A DNA stretch of 64,000 nt from Pseudomonadales bacterium (GCA_040235395.1 JBECKS010000130.1:3011-67010), one strand, 5' to 3'. Shown: positions 1 to 10,968, counted from the stretch's first letter. Made by a program: numbers and translations. The notes: a model not told the origin generated them from the letters alone.

Positions 1-1
1 C

Positions 2-271
2 TCATCCAGCGCGTCAAAAAGTACTGGTTCTCAAGAATCTCCAGGCACGGATGATGCGTCAGAAGATAGTAAGAACGCAAATGCACAACATGCAAACTCA
101 GTGGAAGATTACTGCAAGAAGCTAGGCGATAACATTAAAACCCTTGAAACAAAGAGCAACATTACTAGCGTTGGTGCAGATGGAAAGAAAACCAATCTAT
201 CTAAAGAAGAACAGAAAAAGACCTTGGACAAATCCAAACAAGAATATGACTCAAGGTGTAGCGCCCAATAA
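2..271 (+). CDS. 3' end of a hypothetical protein (5' part outside the window)
   Basis: Frame 2 is open from the window edge to TAA at 269-271. The tail reads ...SVEDYCKKLGDNIKTLETKSNITSVGADGKKTNLSKEEQKKTLDKSKQEYDSRCSAQ. It is S/D/K-rich with two Cys. No family recognised. Confidence 0.3.
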   Translation, partial: SSSASKSTGSQESPGTDDASEDSKNANAQHANSVEDYCKKLGDNIKTLETKSNITSVGADGKKTNLSKEEQKKTLDKSKQEYDSRCSAQ

Positions 272-273
272 AC

Positions 274-1569
274 TTAATTAGTGATAAACGAATAGTCCTC
301 CCTAACAGCCTTCCGACCGTGGTATACAGCTTCGATTCTTATATCACGTGCAATCTCACTATTTCCAGGCACCAGATTCAAACTCGCGGAATCCTCATCT
401 TGAAGATCATCGATACCACATATAGGACTAGATAAGTCACAAACAAACCAACTTATCTCGCCATCAACTAAGATCATTGCTTCATCATTTTCGTCATAAG
501 CCTCAAGCGTTAATAAAGGCCCAGCTCCAGCACCAATGAGCACCTCCAATTCACTCCCGTCATCTGTAATTTTCAGACTATTAACATCAGAGGAAATTAA
601 TATCGACTTTGAACTAGAGAGTTTTCCAGAACATTCAGCAATAACATCAACACCATAATTATTGAAATTTGAAATAAACTCATCCTCTACATCTGCAGTA
701 AAAACACTGCCTGTCATCACGCCAGAGGCAACTGGCTCGCCTAGATTAAAATCAACATATGTCCAATCAACAAAAGGAAGAACTTCATCGGGAAATCCCT
801 GAACGCTAAAATCTATAGAGACTCCCATCACTACAACATCCTCAGTGGACTCTATATCAAAATTAACCAGATCCTGTTCATGCAGGATATCCATCAATGG
901 AGAATCAATGGCATCCAAGGAAGCGTAGACGGTCTCGGCTATCGCTCCAGCTTCCAAATCTATTTCTGAATTAATCAGATAGGTATTTGAAAATACACTA
1001 GCTTGCGACCCAGTAAATTCCACATACGCAGTTTCATCACGTTTTTCCAACTCTCCAGCGTAAGAGCCCAACACACATAAAGGTAACGCAGAACATTGGC
1101 TTTGACTTGTAATGGATGAGTCAATCTGACACTGACCCAAGACACCACTTTTTGCGGGGCCTAGCTCAAGCCCAATCAAGGCAGCAACAGAAACGGTGAC
1201 ATCAACGGTCACATGAAAGGCAGCAAAATCAGCAATAACCTGAACACTTGTCGTAAACGGAACTGCTTGTGCTTTAAACTTACCACCACCCATCGATTTC
1301 AGTACTGAGGAATCACCACTACTCCACCTCACATCATTACTGATATCAATCATTTGCCCTGAATCCAGCGTAGCAATTGCCCTAACCTGGACCTCCCTTC
1401 CTTCCCTTAAAAAATCATCATGCTCTTTCTCAAGAACAAGATTAGTAAGCCCTAGTTCCTCAGAAAGCACAAACTCATACATATCCCTTGTATCACCTTC
1501 GGAACAGGTAACCAGAACAAAGACTAACAACGATAAGACAAACCTCTTACCATTTGAACAATACCTCAT
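274..1569 (-). CDS. putative lipoprotein with a bacterial Ig-like (Big_2-type) domain
   Basis: 431-aa ORF. N-terminus MRYCSNGKRFVLSLLVFVLVTC has a signal-peptide shape with a lipobox-like LVTC. Segment VQVRAIATLDSGQMIDISNDVRWSSGDSSVLKS...VQVIADF fits the Big_2 pattern. Its start overlaps the stop of the upstream OMP gene (TAATG at 1569). Confidence 0.55.
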   Translation of the reverse strand: MRYCSNGKRFVLSLLVFVLVTCSEGDTRDMYEFVLSEELGLTNLVLEKEHDDFLREGREVQVRAIATLDSGQMIDISNDVRWSSGDSSVLKSMGGGKFKAQAVPFTTSVQVIADFAAFHVTVDVTVSVAALIGLELGPAKSGVLGQCQIDSSITSQSQCSALPLCVLGSYAGELEKRDETAYVEFTGSQASVFSNTYLINSEIDLEAGAIAETVYASLDAIDSPLMDILHEQDLVNFDIESTEDVVVMGVSIDFSVQGFPDEVLPFVDWTYVDFNLGEPVASGVMTGSVFTADVEDEFISNFNNYGVDVIAECSGKLSSSKSILISSDVNSLKITDDGSELEVLIGAGAGPLLTLEAYDENDEAMILVDGEISWFVCDLSSPICGIDDLQDEDSASLNLVPGNSEIARDIRIEAVYHGRKAVREDYSFITN

Positions 1570-2129
1570 TACTGCTCACCAAAGGCAAAACGATAAGCAA
1601 AGTTCAAGGCTCTGACTTCCACCAAATCATCTTCAAAAACATGTTCATAAGATAAGGAATACGATAATCGAGGATAAAAACTAACCTGTTTTTCGAAACC
1701 CACTGTCGCAAAACCAGATTTCAGCGTCTCATCTACGCTCACAGACAATGGAGCTTTTTGATAAGTCCTTAAATCAAACCTTGCATAACCCAGATTTACA
1801 TACGCCGCCCACTCACTCTCAAAGGGTGATTGCAACCTCAACGCTAAGGATTGATAAGCATCAATATCCGCATAGATGGAAGTATCATCATCCTGATATT
1901 CGCGATTCATGACACTACTTCCCAGCTCTACTCCTACTCCTTGCCATAGGAACGCCCCCAGGGCACCCCTCGCAAGTTTGGGGTAAAAATCAACATCAGC
2001 AATACTGACCTTCAACACTGAAGCCTCTGCCTTCAGGTAAGGATCAAAACCCATTGCAAAAACGGAATGGCTTGCCCCAAAACAAGGTATCAACATAATG
2101 AGAAAGAGGCGTTTAAAATTAAAGGTCAC
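1569..2129 (-). CDS. small outer-membrane beta-barrel protein (8-strand OmpA/OmpW-like class)
   Basis: 186 aa. Signal peptide MTFNFKRLFLIMLIPCFGASHSVFA. Alternating amphipathic beta-strand pattern with aromatic girdle residues. C-terminal ...LNFAYRFAFGEQ resembles an OMP terminal strand. Confidence 0.55.
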   Translation of the reverse strand: MTFNFKRLFLIMLIPCFGASHSVFAMGFDPYLKAEASVLKVSIADVDFYPKLARGALGAFLWQGVGVELGSSVMNREYQDDDTSIYADIDAYQSLALRLQSPFESEWAAYVNLGYARFDLRTYQKAPLSVSVDETLKSGFATVGFEKQVSFYPRLSYSLSYEHVFEDDLVEVRALNFAYRFAFGEQ

Positions 2130-2482
2130 TATAGAATTCCAATGTAGTTAGAGGACATGTAGCAGGATATAAAACCTGTGGATTATTTTCGAGTCTCTAC
2201 TGCCTTTAATGGGTAAAACCTGCAATCTATTATGGGCTCTAATTCCTTGATTTTTAAAAACAAGTGGAGTAACTTGACCCATTACTCACAAAAAGAACAA
2301 CAACCATAAATAAAAGCTTTTTCCTATACTTAGCTAGTCTTTGTTGTCTTGGAAAACAAGGGGTTAGACCCAATGTGCGTCAATCCCGGTAGACTGAAAA
2401 TTAACGGATACAGAATCCAGATAGTTCCTGTTAAAGAGGAATATTCTCAGGCTTGTATAGGGTTGTACTAATGGAGCAAATC

Positions 2483-3646
2483 ATGTCACGCAATGTTTTG
2501 GTGAAAGTATTATTAGCCTTGGCTTTAATGCCGAGTCTGAGTGCGTGCCTTGAAAAGGACTATGACAGCTACGCTCTCTACGTTAAAGCTCGAGGCCTTT
2601 CGAATACTGAAACCATTATTGTTTCCAATGGTTCAAATCTTCAAATAACTGGTACCAGCGACCTATCCTGGACAGAACTTCAAAAATTCAAACGCACCTA
2701 CCGAGAAGACAAAACGAATTACAGCATCAGGATTGTAAGGCAGCCTTCAAGCTCAAATAAAGTCTGCCGCGTTCTAAATCCAGTAGGGCAAGCTAGCACA
2801 TTTGATAGCATTATCAGAATAGAATGCGGCTATCCCGTCGTTATTGCTGACACTGGCTTAACCATGACAACCAATAATGGGCTAATGGTAAGCAACTATG
2901 TGGAAGAAGTTGCACTAAACAGCTCTCGATCCTTGACGAGCATGTTAAACAATGAAGTAATCCAAGATCCCAACTCGATTGACCCAAATGATCAGGTATT
3001 ACGCGTAACGCCAATTTCAACAATTGGAGCCGTTAGCTTTCAGAAACTCTACATGGAAAATGAAACTGTCACGATAAGTTTCTCAAGTGTAGAACAGGGT
3101 TGCGAAATTCCTGGTGCGAACAACAACTCTGGGCTTGTATTCAGCTATCCCAGCGCCGGAACATTCATGAACACTGTTCAGACAATCCCCCTGGATCAGG
3201 ACTGGATTCTTGACGGTACAGATTACAGTAACGGAAGAAGTTGTAAGGATTTCACAAGACCAGAATACTTCCTGACTTACGATGAACTGGAAAACCCAGG
3301 TTTGCTTGCCAACTACACTGCAGAATGTTATCCAGCACCACCTGTTGATATCAGTTGCGGGTTTGCTCTCAAGGCAAGAGTTCGTGGATTGAGCTATAGC
3401 TCGGGGGAGTTTATTCGCTTAACCGCAACAAGAATGCCTTCCACGACAAGTCATACACTCGACTTAACAACAAGCGCCGCGAAGACTTTTAACCTTGCTT
3501 TTCAAGATAATGAAACCTTCACAATTGATATCGATGGTGGGAGCAACCTTGGAGGAAAGGTTTGCACTTTTAGTTCTACTGGAACAAGCCAGGGTTCTGG
3601 AACAATCAATAATAGCAATACAGTCGACACTATTACCTGTAATTAG
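2483..3646 (+). CDS. putative lipoprotein built from repeated Cys-terminated modules
   Basis: The ORF track starts at a TTG (2453). I prefer ATG 2483, which is preceded by GGAG and gives MSRNVLVKVLLALALMPSLSAC (lipobox LSAC). N- and C-terminal ~95-aa segments resemble each other (YVKARGLS...IRIEC versus LKARVRGLS...DTITC). Confidence 0.5.
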   Translation: MSRNVLVKVLLALALMPSLSACLEKDYDSYALYVKARGLSNTETIIVSNGSNLQITGTSDLSWTELQKFKRTYREDKTNYSIRIVRQPSSSNKVCRVLNPVGQASTFDSIIRIECGYPVVIADTGLTMTTNNGLMVSNYVEEVALNSSRSLTSMLNNEVIQDPNSIDPNDQVLRVTPISTIGAVSFQKLYMENETVTISFSSVEQGCEIPGANNNSGLVFSYPSAGTFMNTVQTIPLDQDWILDGTDYSNGRSCKDFTRPEYFLTYDELENPGLLANYTAECYPAPPVDISCGFALKARVRGLSYSSGEFIRLTATRMPSTTSHTLDLTTSAAKTFNLAFQDNETFTIDIDGGSNLGGKVCTFSSTGTSQGSGTINNSNTVDTITCN

Positions 3647-3654
3647 ACATTTGT

Positions 3655-3690
3655 ATTTAGAAAGTAGCTAACGCACTTCTAAAGCTAGTT
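3655..3690. terminator. imperfect hairpin between convergent lipoprotein gene and hisC
   Basis: TTTAGAAAGT..ACTTCTAAA and nested TAGCT..AGCTA inverted repeats lie in the 45-nt convergent spacer. There is no clean T-run. Confidence 0.3.
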
Positions 3691-3691
3691 T

Positions 3692-4780
3692 CTAAACCGC
3701 CCCGATGTGCCTTGCAAGCGATTCAAGCATGTAATCATTTTCCTTCCTACTCCCAACAGTTAAACGCAAGCAATTAGCTAAATGCGGATGACTACCATCA
3801 AGATTCTTTATCAGAATCCCATCCCCCTTCATTAATCCAGCAATCTCCCTTGATTGCTTTTGCTTCAAACGAATCGTAATAAAATTTGCTTCACTAGGAA
3901 TAACTTCAATGCCTTTTATAGCATCAAGATTTTTATGTAGATCATTTCTGAGTAAAACAATCTCTTTAGCCTGATCTTCAAGTAGCGAGTAATCATCCAA
4001 AGCACATTCAACAAGACTTTGTGTTAATACATTAATATTGTAAGGCAATCTTAGTTTTTCGAATTCATAAATTAGCTCGGCATTACCTACAAGATAACCA
4101 AGGCGCAACCCTGCCAAACCAGCCTTAGAAAACGTTCGCATCACCATGACATTTTCAAACCCTTCCAGTAGATGTCGAGAGTCAAAATTTGTGAATGGTG
4201 AATACGCCTCATCTATAATCAAAAAACCTTTGCTTAATGCTGCAATTCTTTGTAAATCAGATTCCTTGAACAAAGTACCCGTTGGATTATTAGGTTGCGC
4301 AATAAAAATAATTTCAGGTTGGTCTTGTTCTATGATTTTTTCAAGGCGCTCCATATCCAGACTAAAATCATGATTAAGATTCACACCGATATATCCAAGC
4401 TTACAAAAGTTTGCAATCATGCGATACATAACAAAACTTGGCTCAATAGATAACACTTTAGCACCAACGTTTAAACCCAGCATAAGAATCTGAATTAACT
4501 CATCAGAACCATTTCCAAAAATTAATGCCTTTGAATCATCTAACTTCAACATGCTTGCAAGCTTTTTCCTAAGCCCTAACGCAGAAGGGTCTGGATATCG
4601 ATTAACATCGATTTCTGATAATTTCATTTCCCATGATTGCAGGATTTTCTCAGGAAACTGGAAAGGATTTTCCATTGCATCAAGCTTAATCATGCCCTTT
4701 GAATCCTGAACATGATAAGCAGATATACGCCTGATATCCTCGCGAATATGTGAAAGCAAAGCCTTATTTTCAAGCGACAT
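3692..4780 (-). CDS. hisC: histidinol-phosphate aminotransferase
   Basis: 362 aa. Motifs NGSDELI, PNNPTG and RTFSKAGLAGLRLGY (PLP-lysine context). Lies downstream of hisD. Confidence 0.93.
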   Translation of the reverse strand: MSLENKALLSHIREDIRRISAYHVQDSKGMIKLDAMENPFQFPEKILQSWEMKLSEIDVNRYPDPSALGLRKKLASMLKLDDSKALIFGNGSDELIQILMLGLNVGAKVLSIEPSFVMYRMIANFCKLGYIGVNLNHDFSLDMERLEKIIEQDQPEIIFIAQPNNPTGTLFKESDLQRIAALSKGFLIIDEAYSPFTNFDSRHLLEGFENVMVMRTFSKAGLAGLRLGYLVGNAELIYEFEKLRLPYNINVLTQSLVECALDDYSLLEDQAKEIVLLRNDLHKNLDAIKGIEVIPSEANFITIRLKQKQSREIAGLMKGDGILIKNLDGSHPHLANCLRLTVGSRKENDYMLESLARHIGAV

Positions 4781-4796
4781 CGGAGCAATCCCTGTT

Positions 4797-6119
4797 TTAT
4801 TCGCTATCAGTTCGACGTAGCAAAGCTGCTTCTGAGTGCGCAGTTAATCCTTCAGCCTGAGCTAATTCGCTTGCCACATTTACTAATGCATCAATATTTT
4901 TCTCATTAAGATTTATAATTGAGGTACGTTTAACAAAATCATAAACACTTAAGGGCGAAGAAAACTTAGCGCTTCCGTAAGTAGGTAAAACGTGATTACT
5001 ACCAGCACAGTAGTCACCAAAAGTTTCAGCACTAGCTCTGCCAATAAAAATTGCACCTGCATTATTGATTTTTTTACAGAGACTCTCTGCTTCTTCTCTT
5101 TCAAAAGATAACTCAAGGTGCTCTGGTGCTATTTCATCAATCAACGAAATTGCCTGCTGCTGATTTTCTACAAGAATGAAAGCTCCACGACTCTCCAGAG
5201 ATTTCAGAATAACGTCAGCGCGTGGCATCACTGTAATCAAACGATTAATAGCTTCTTCAACCTGATTAAAGAATATTTCAGATTCTGAAATCAGCATGGC
5301 TTGCGCCATTTCATCATGCTCAGCCTGAGAAAATAGATCCATGGCAATCCAGTCAGGGTTTGTGTTCCCATCACAGTAAATCAGGATTTCGGAAGGGCCT
5401 GCAATCATATCAATGCCAACCTTGCCAAAAACCTGCTTTTTAGCACTGGCAACATACTGATTACCTGGACCAACAATTTTATTCATCGATGGAATTGTTT
5501 CAGTTCCATAAGCTAAAGCCGCAATCGCCTGAGCACCGCCTATGGTAAAAACCTGATCAACACCCGCCAGAAAAGCGGCTGCAAGAACCAGTTCATTTAT
5601 CTCACCCTTAGGAGTCGGCACAACCATCACCAGATTCTCAACACCAGCAACTTTTGCAGGTACTGCATTCATCAATACTGAAGAAGGGTAAGAAGCCTTA
5701 CCTCCTGGAACATACATCCCAACGGATTGAATAGGTTTAACCTGCTGCCCCAACGAGTGGCCATATTCGTCATCAAAACGCCACTCTGGCAACACTTGAT
5801 GCTCATGATATTGCTCAATCCTTTTTTTCGCTGTCTCTAAAGCTGTGCGTTGCTTTTCATTGATAGTTAAAAATGCTTGCTCAAGACGATTCTTTGATAA
5901 CTTCAACTCATTCACCGAAGCACAATCAAGCGAATCAAACTTTTGAGTGTAAGCAAGCAAGGCCTCATCACCTTTTTCCCTGACATCTGCAATAATCGAT
6001 GAGACAACGGAATCTAGCTCGCTCGATTCAGACGAAACAGAATCCACATCAAGCAACTTTTTTAATGCGGCTTGAAAATCAGGGTCAACAAAATTGAGAC
6101 GTCGCATCACGATAGACAT
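4797..6119 (-). CDS. hisD: histidinol dehydrogenase
   Basis: 440 aa. Motifs SQAEHDE and GDYCAGSNHVLPT. Confidence 0.95.
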   Translation of the reverse strand: MSIVMRRLNFVDPDFQAALKKLLDVDSVSSESSELDSVVSSIIADVREKGDEALLAYTQKFDSLDCASVNELKLSKNRLEQAFLTINEKQRTALETAKKRIEQYHEHQVLPEWRFDDEYGHSLGQQVKPIQSVGMYVPGGKASYPSSVLMNAVPAKVAGVENLVMVVPTPKGEINELVLAAAFLAGVDQVFTIGGAQAIAALAYGTETIPSMNKIVGPGNQYVASAKKQVFGKVGIDMIAGPSEILIYCDGNTNPDWIAMDLFSQAEHDEMAQAMLISESEIFFNQVEEAINRLITVMPRADVILKSLESRGAFILVENQQQAISLIDEIAPEHLELSFEREEAESLCKKINNAGAIFIGRASAETFGDYCAGSNHVLPTYGSAKFSSPLSVYDFVKRTSIINLNEKNIDALVNVASELAQAEGLTAHSEAALLRRTDSE

Positions 6120-6124
6120 GGAAA

Positions 6125-6750
6125 TTAGCCTACCACTTTTTCGAGCGAAGAAATTAACTGGCTTACAGCGCTGTGTTTTAGTTTGAAACTGCTCTGATTA
6201 ACAATCAAACGAGAACTGATATCTGCTATCAGTTCTGTAGGCTCCAGACCATTTTCCTTAAGTGTTTTCCCTGTATCCACCACATCTATTATCTTGTCAG
6301 ATAAACCAACGATTGGCGCCAACTCCATTGACCCATACAGTTTAATCAAATCCACCTGCTGACCCTGCTCAGCAAAATAACGTTTGGCAATATTTGTGAA
6401 TTTGGTAGCCACCTTAATTTTGGCACCAACATTCTTTCTATTCACAGGTTCGGCAACCATTAACCTACAACGAGCAATTTTCAAATCAAGGGTTTCATAA
6501 TAACCCTTGCCACCGTGCTCCATGATGACATCCTTCCCTGCTACACCTAAATCAGCAGCACCATAAGCAACATAAGTTGGAACGTCAGAAGCTCTAAGAA
6601 TAAGAACATCAAGCTCCCCTGATTTACTAGGAAAAATTAGCTTGCGGCTTTTCTCAGGATTTTCAGACAACTCAATACCCGCCGCCTTCAGCAGAGGCAG
6701 CGTATCATCAAGAATTCTTCCCTTGGATAAGGCAAGCGTCAGTTTTTCCA

Positions 6751-6751
<1 letters not shown>
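6125..6751 (-). CDS. hisG: ATP phosphoribosyltransferase, short form
   Basis: 208 aa with no C-terminal regulatory domain, so a HisZ partner is expected elsewhere. Its start overlaps the murA stop by 1 nt (TAATG). Confidence 0.93.
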
Positions 6752-8052
<1,301 letters not shown>

Positions 8053-8099
8053 TTACGTACTTATAAAGACGTTATCTAGTAAAGAAAGGGTAATAACTA

Positions 8100-8357
8100 T
8101 TAGAGAGAAAACTTCTTTTCCTGCTCCCACTCGGCTTTGGTGAACAGGCGCATGGTTACAGCATGCATTTCACCACTTTTTATTCTGTCATTGATACATG
8201 CATAGACTCGCTGCTGGCGCTTCAATGAATTCAAACCTTCAAAAATATCGGAAATAATCCTGATCATATAACTATTACCATTCACCTGAACTGCAACATC
8301 TGCTTCAGGCATGGTACTTTGAACTAATGCAATAACTTCTTCTTCGTTCATGAACAA
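8100..8357 (-). CDS. ibaG: BolA-family protein (IbaG/YrbA type)
   Basis: 85 aa. BolA-like C-terminal ...SGEMHAVTMRLFTKAEW. Conserved position between the mla genes and murA. Confidence 0.8.
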   Translation of the reverse strand: MFMNEEEVIALVQSTMPEADVAVQVNGNSYMIRIISDIFEGLNSLKRQQRVYACINDRIKSGEMHAVTMRLFTKAEWEQEKKFSL

Positions 8358-8375
8358 ATAGCTTTGCCAAAAGAC

Positions 8376-9044
8376 CTAATTCTTGGCTGTTGCCGCAGGT
8401 TTATCATCCACTTCAATCTTGGCATTCCAGTTAGCTATCAGGTTATCCATATTCTCTCCATTCTTCATCATGGTCTCAGAAAAGTGACTATTGTAGGCCT
8501 TAGCCACATTGACACCATTAAGAATCACATTAACTACTTTCCAGGAACCATCAGCATTTTTCCTCATAGTGAAGCTCAAAGGAAAAATGGTTCCTTCAGC
8601 AGTTTTAACTTCCATCTTCACCGCCTGCATCGACTTACCAGCATTCTCACCGTCATCTGGTAATACTGTAATTTCCTGACTATCAAAAATGGATAGCCCT
8701 GTTGAATAGGTATCGACAAGACTTTCCTTAAAAACCTGAATGAACTTCTCTCTCTGCTCAGGCGTTGCAGCCAAGTAGTATTTCTTGCCCATGACAAACT
8801 TCGAAAGCGTTTCAAAATCCACAGCAGGGACCATGTATTCATTAACAATCTTTTTATAGCCTTCGGGATTCTGTTTAAGGCTCTCTGACTGGGCATTCAT
8901 TGCGCCAACCAAACCATCCGCTGTTTTCTTGACGAAAGCATGGGGAGAATCAGCATCATCTGCAGCATGAGCGTTAAGTATCAGGGTTGAAAAAACCGCT
9001 ATCAAAAGATAACGCAAACCTGCTTCTAGCTTTTGTTTCAACAT
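8376..9044 (-). CDS. mlaC: phospholipid-binding periplasmic protein MlaC (Ttg2D family)
   Basis: 222 aa. Signal peptide ...LILNAHA. Family-typical VDFETLSKFVMGKKYYLAATPEQREKF and WKVVNVILNGVNV segments. Confidence 0.85.
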   Translation of the reverse strand: MLKQKLEAGLRYLLIAVFSTLILNAHAADDADSPHAFVKKTADGLVGAMNAQSESLKQNPEGYKKIVNEYMVPAVDFETLSKFVMGKKYYLAATPEQREKFIQVFKESLVDTYSTGLSIFDSQEITVLPDDGENAGKSMQAVKMEVKTAEGTIFPLSFTMRKNADGSWKVVNVILNGVNVAKAYNSHFSETMMKNGENMDNLIANWNAKIEVDDKPAATAKN

Positions 9045-9406
9045 AAATCTTCCTCTTGAACTGTTCCAGTTGAACCATTTTTCTGAGTCTGTCTATCTCA
9101 ATCAGGAACCACCCTAACTGAAATAACTTCTTCAAACATTAGGGTTAGTTTCAGGGGATTTAACTGAATTAATCATTAATCCACCTGAAAAATCTCTCAA
9201 ATACCCAAAATATACGATGGAAAGGATATCCCCACGAAGCCCTAAGTATCTGGCTTAGGGCAGGATTCTTGGCTCACCAAACGGGGGCAACTATAACATA
9301 ATCCGATAGCATACCGTATAGCAAAATAGCCTTAACCCGCTATCATAACGGGCAACACAAAAACCTCCTCAACCCTTTGTCTTAGAGGAAAATATTAAGT
9401 TTTATC

Positions 9407-9964
9407 ATGGCCACGCAGAACGATAAAAAATCAACACTAGCTAGAAAAATTGAACTCGTCATCTTTGATGTAGATGGCGTAATGAGCGATGGAAAAATTA
9501 CCTACACTAACGAAGGTATGGAAATAAAATCCTTCAACGTCAAAGATGGATTAGGCATTAAACTTCTACAACGGTCTGGCATTAAAACAGCCATCATTAC
9601 TGGCAGAAAATCTGACATTGTTGCCTTGCGCGCAAAAGAACTTGGTATCCACCACCTCTTACAGCAACGTGAAGACAAACTTTCAGCCAGTCTTGAGCTA
9701 AGTAAACAACTGGGTATCCCCACTGAAAAGATTGCTTACATGGGAGATGATCTTCCCGACCTCTCAGCCATCAAATATCTAGGCTTTGGTATCACTGTGG
9801 CAAATGCTCACCACCTTGTAAAAGAACAAGCTGATTATATTTGCCAGAAAGATGGTGGCGATGGTGCAGTCAGAGAGGCCTGTGAATATATTCTTGAGGC
9901 TCAGAATAAACTCGACGGTATCTTAAAGTCTTACATGAATACAGAAGCAAGTGACAACTCATGA
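9407..9964 (+). CDS. kdsC: 3-deoxy-D-manno-octulosonate-8-phosphate phosphatase
   Basis: 185 aa HAD fold. Motifs VIFDVDGVMSDGKI and GDDLPD. Stop overlaps the next start (ATGA at 9961-9964). Confidence 0.92.
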   Translation: MATQNDKKSTLARKIELVIFDVDGVMSDGKITYTNEGMEIKSFNVKDGLGIKLLQRSGIKTAIITGRKSDIVALRAKELGIHHLLQQREDKLSASLELSKQLGIPTEKIAYMGDDLPDLSAIKYLGFGITVANAHHLVKEQADYICQKDGGDGAVREACEYILEAQNKLDGILKSYMNTEASDNS

Positions 9965-10968
9965 AGTCACAAACACCCTTCATTCTAAGTATGATTACCT
10001 TGATGATTCTGGGCTCCATTCTCTTTAACAGCGAAAGCGAAAGCATTACCCGTCTGTTTTCTGTGTTACCAGGAAAAAAAGTAAAAGAAAAAACAGAACT
10101 GATGGATTTCAGGATAAACAGCTTTGAAACTACAAACTACGGAGATGAGGGCATACTTGAGTCAAAACTTTTTGCCAGGGAATTATCATCCTTTGAAAAT
10201 AATACCCGAACTGAAATGATAGCTCCGAAAATCACTTTTTTTTCAAAAGAGTCCCCAAAAAGCCCTTGGGAGCTAAGTTCCAACACCGCACAAAGCAAAA
10301 CACCTCACACAAAAATTCTTTTCAATGACAATGTCATTCTTAAGAAACTAGTGATAGCAGAGAAAGACTTCCCCCTTGAAATCCTTACGAGTGAAATCAT
10401 TATCGACTCAGAGAAAAAACTTGCTGAAACAGAACAAAGTGTTGAAATCGTATCAGGAAGTAATCAAACAACAGGGACAGGTTTGCTTGTCAATCTAGAA
10501 CAGAACACCTTAAAGCTGTTGAAAGATATTAATAGCCAGTACCAACGCAAACAGGAAGGCCCCAAATCCTTGACGAAAGTTAAGTCAAATAGCTTCTTTC
10601 TGGATAATGGCACTCGCAAAGCCACTTATACGGGTCAAGTTATCTTTACTCGAGGCAACATCACGATTAAGGCAGATAGCATGGAAGTCATCCAAAATGA
10701 AAATGGCGAGCGTCATGCATTTGCTTATGGCAATCCTAGCTATTTCATTCAGCAATCCGCTGTAGACAACAAAGCTATTCACGCGCAAGCCAAACGCTTC
10801 GAATACAGCAGTGCTACACAGATTCTAAAAATGTTTGATCAGGCAAAACTGGAGCAGAACAATGCGGTCGTGGAAGGCGACTACTTGTATTATGATACCC
10901 GCACTGAAAATATCGGCGCGGAATCTGCGCCAGATAGTCGCGTTAAAATGGTTCTTCCCGTCAACTGA
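9961..10968 (+). CDS. lptC/lptA: LPS export protein, in-frame LptC-LptA fusion
   Basis: One uninterrupted 335-aa ORF. Residues 1-~194 have a TM anchor ([15 protein letters not shown]) and LptC-like strands. Example: [23 protein letters not shown] versus remembered E. coli GLKMRGNLRSKNAELIEKVRTSY. Residues ~207-335 match mature LptA: [23 protein letters not shown] versus VTFTGNVIVTQGTIKINADKVVV. Further matches are [10 protein letters not shown] versus GYGKPATFYQ and RVKMVLP versus RVTTVLVP. No stop codon or second signal peptide lies between the two parts. Confidence 0.8.
   Translation: MKSQTPFILSMITLMILGSILFNSESESITRLFSVLPGKKVKEKTELMDFRINSFETTNYGDEGILESKLFARELSSFENNTRTEMIAPKITFFSKESPKSPWELSSNTAQSKTPHTKILFNDNVILKKLVIAEKDFPLEILTSEIIIDSEKKLAETEQSVEIVSGSNQTTGTGLLVNLEQNTLKLLKDINSQYQRKQEGPKSLTKVKSNSFFLDNGTRKATYTGQVIFTRGNITIKADSMEVIQNENGERHAFAYGNPSYFIQQSAVDNKAIHAQAKRFEYSSATQILKMFDQAKLEQNNAVVEGDYLYYDTRTENIGAESAPDSRVKMVLPVN

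Noticed and set aside
8364-8663. 99-aa plus-strand ORF, and the 92-aa ORF at 8618-8896
   Set aside because: Both lie entirely within or antisense to the well-supported mlaC gene. The sequence is low-complexity with no RBS. These are typical shadow ORFs.
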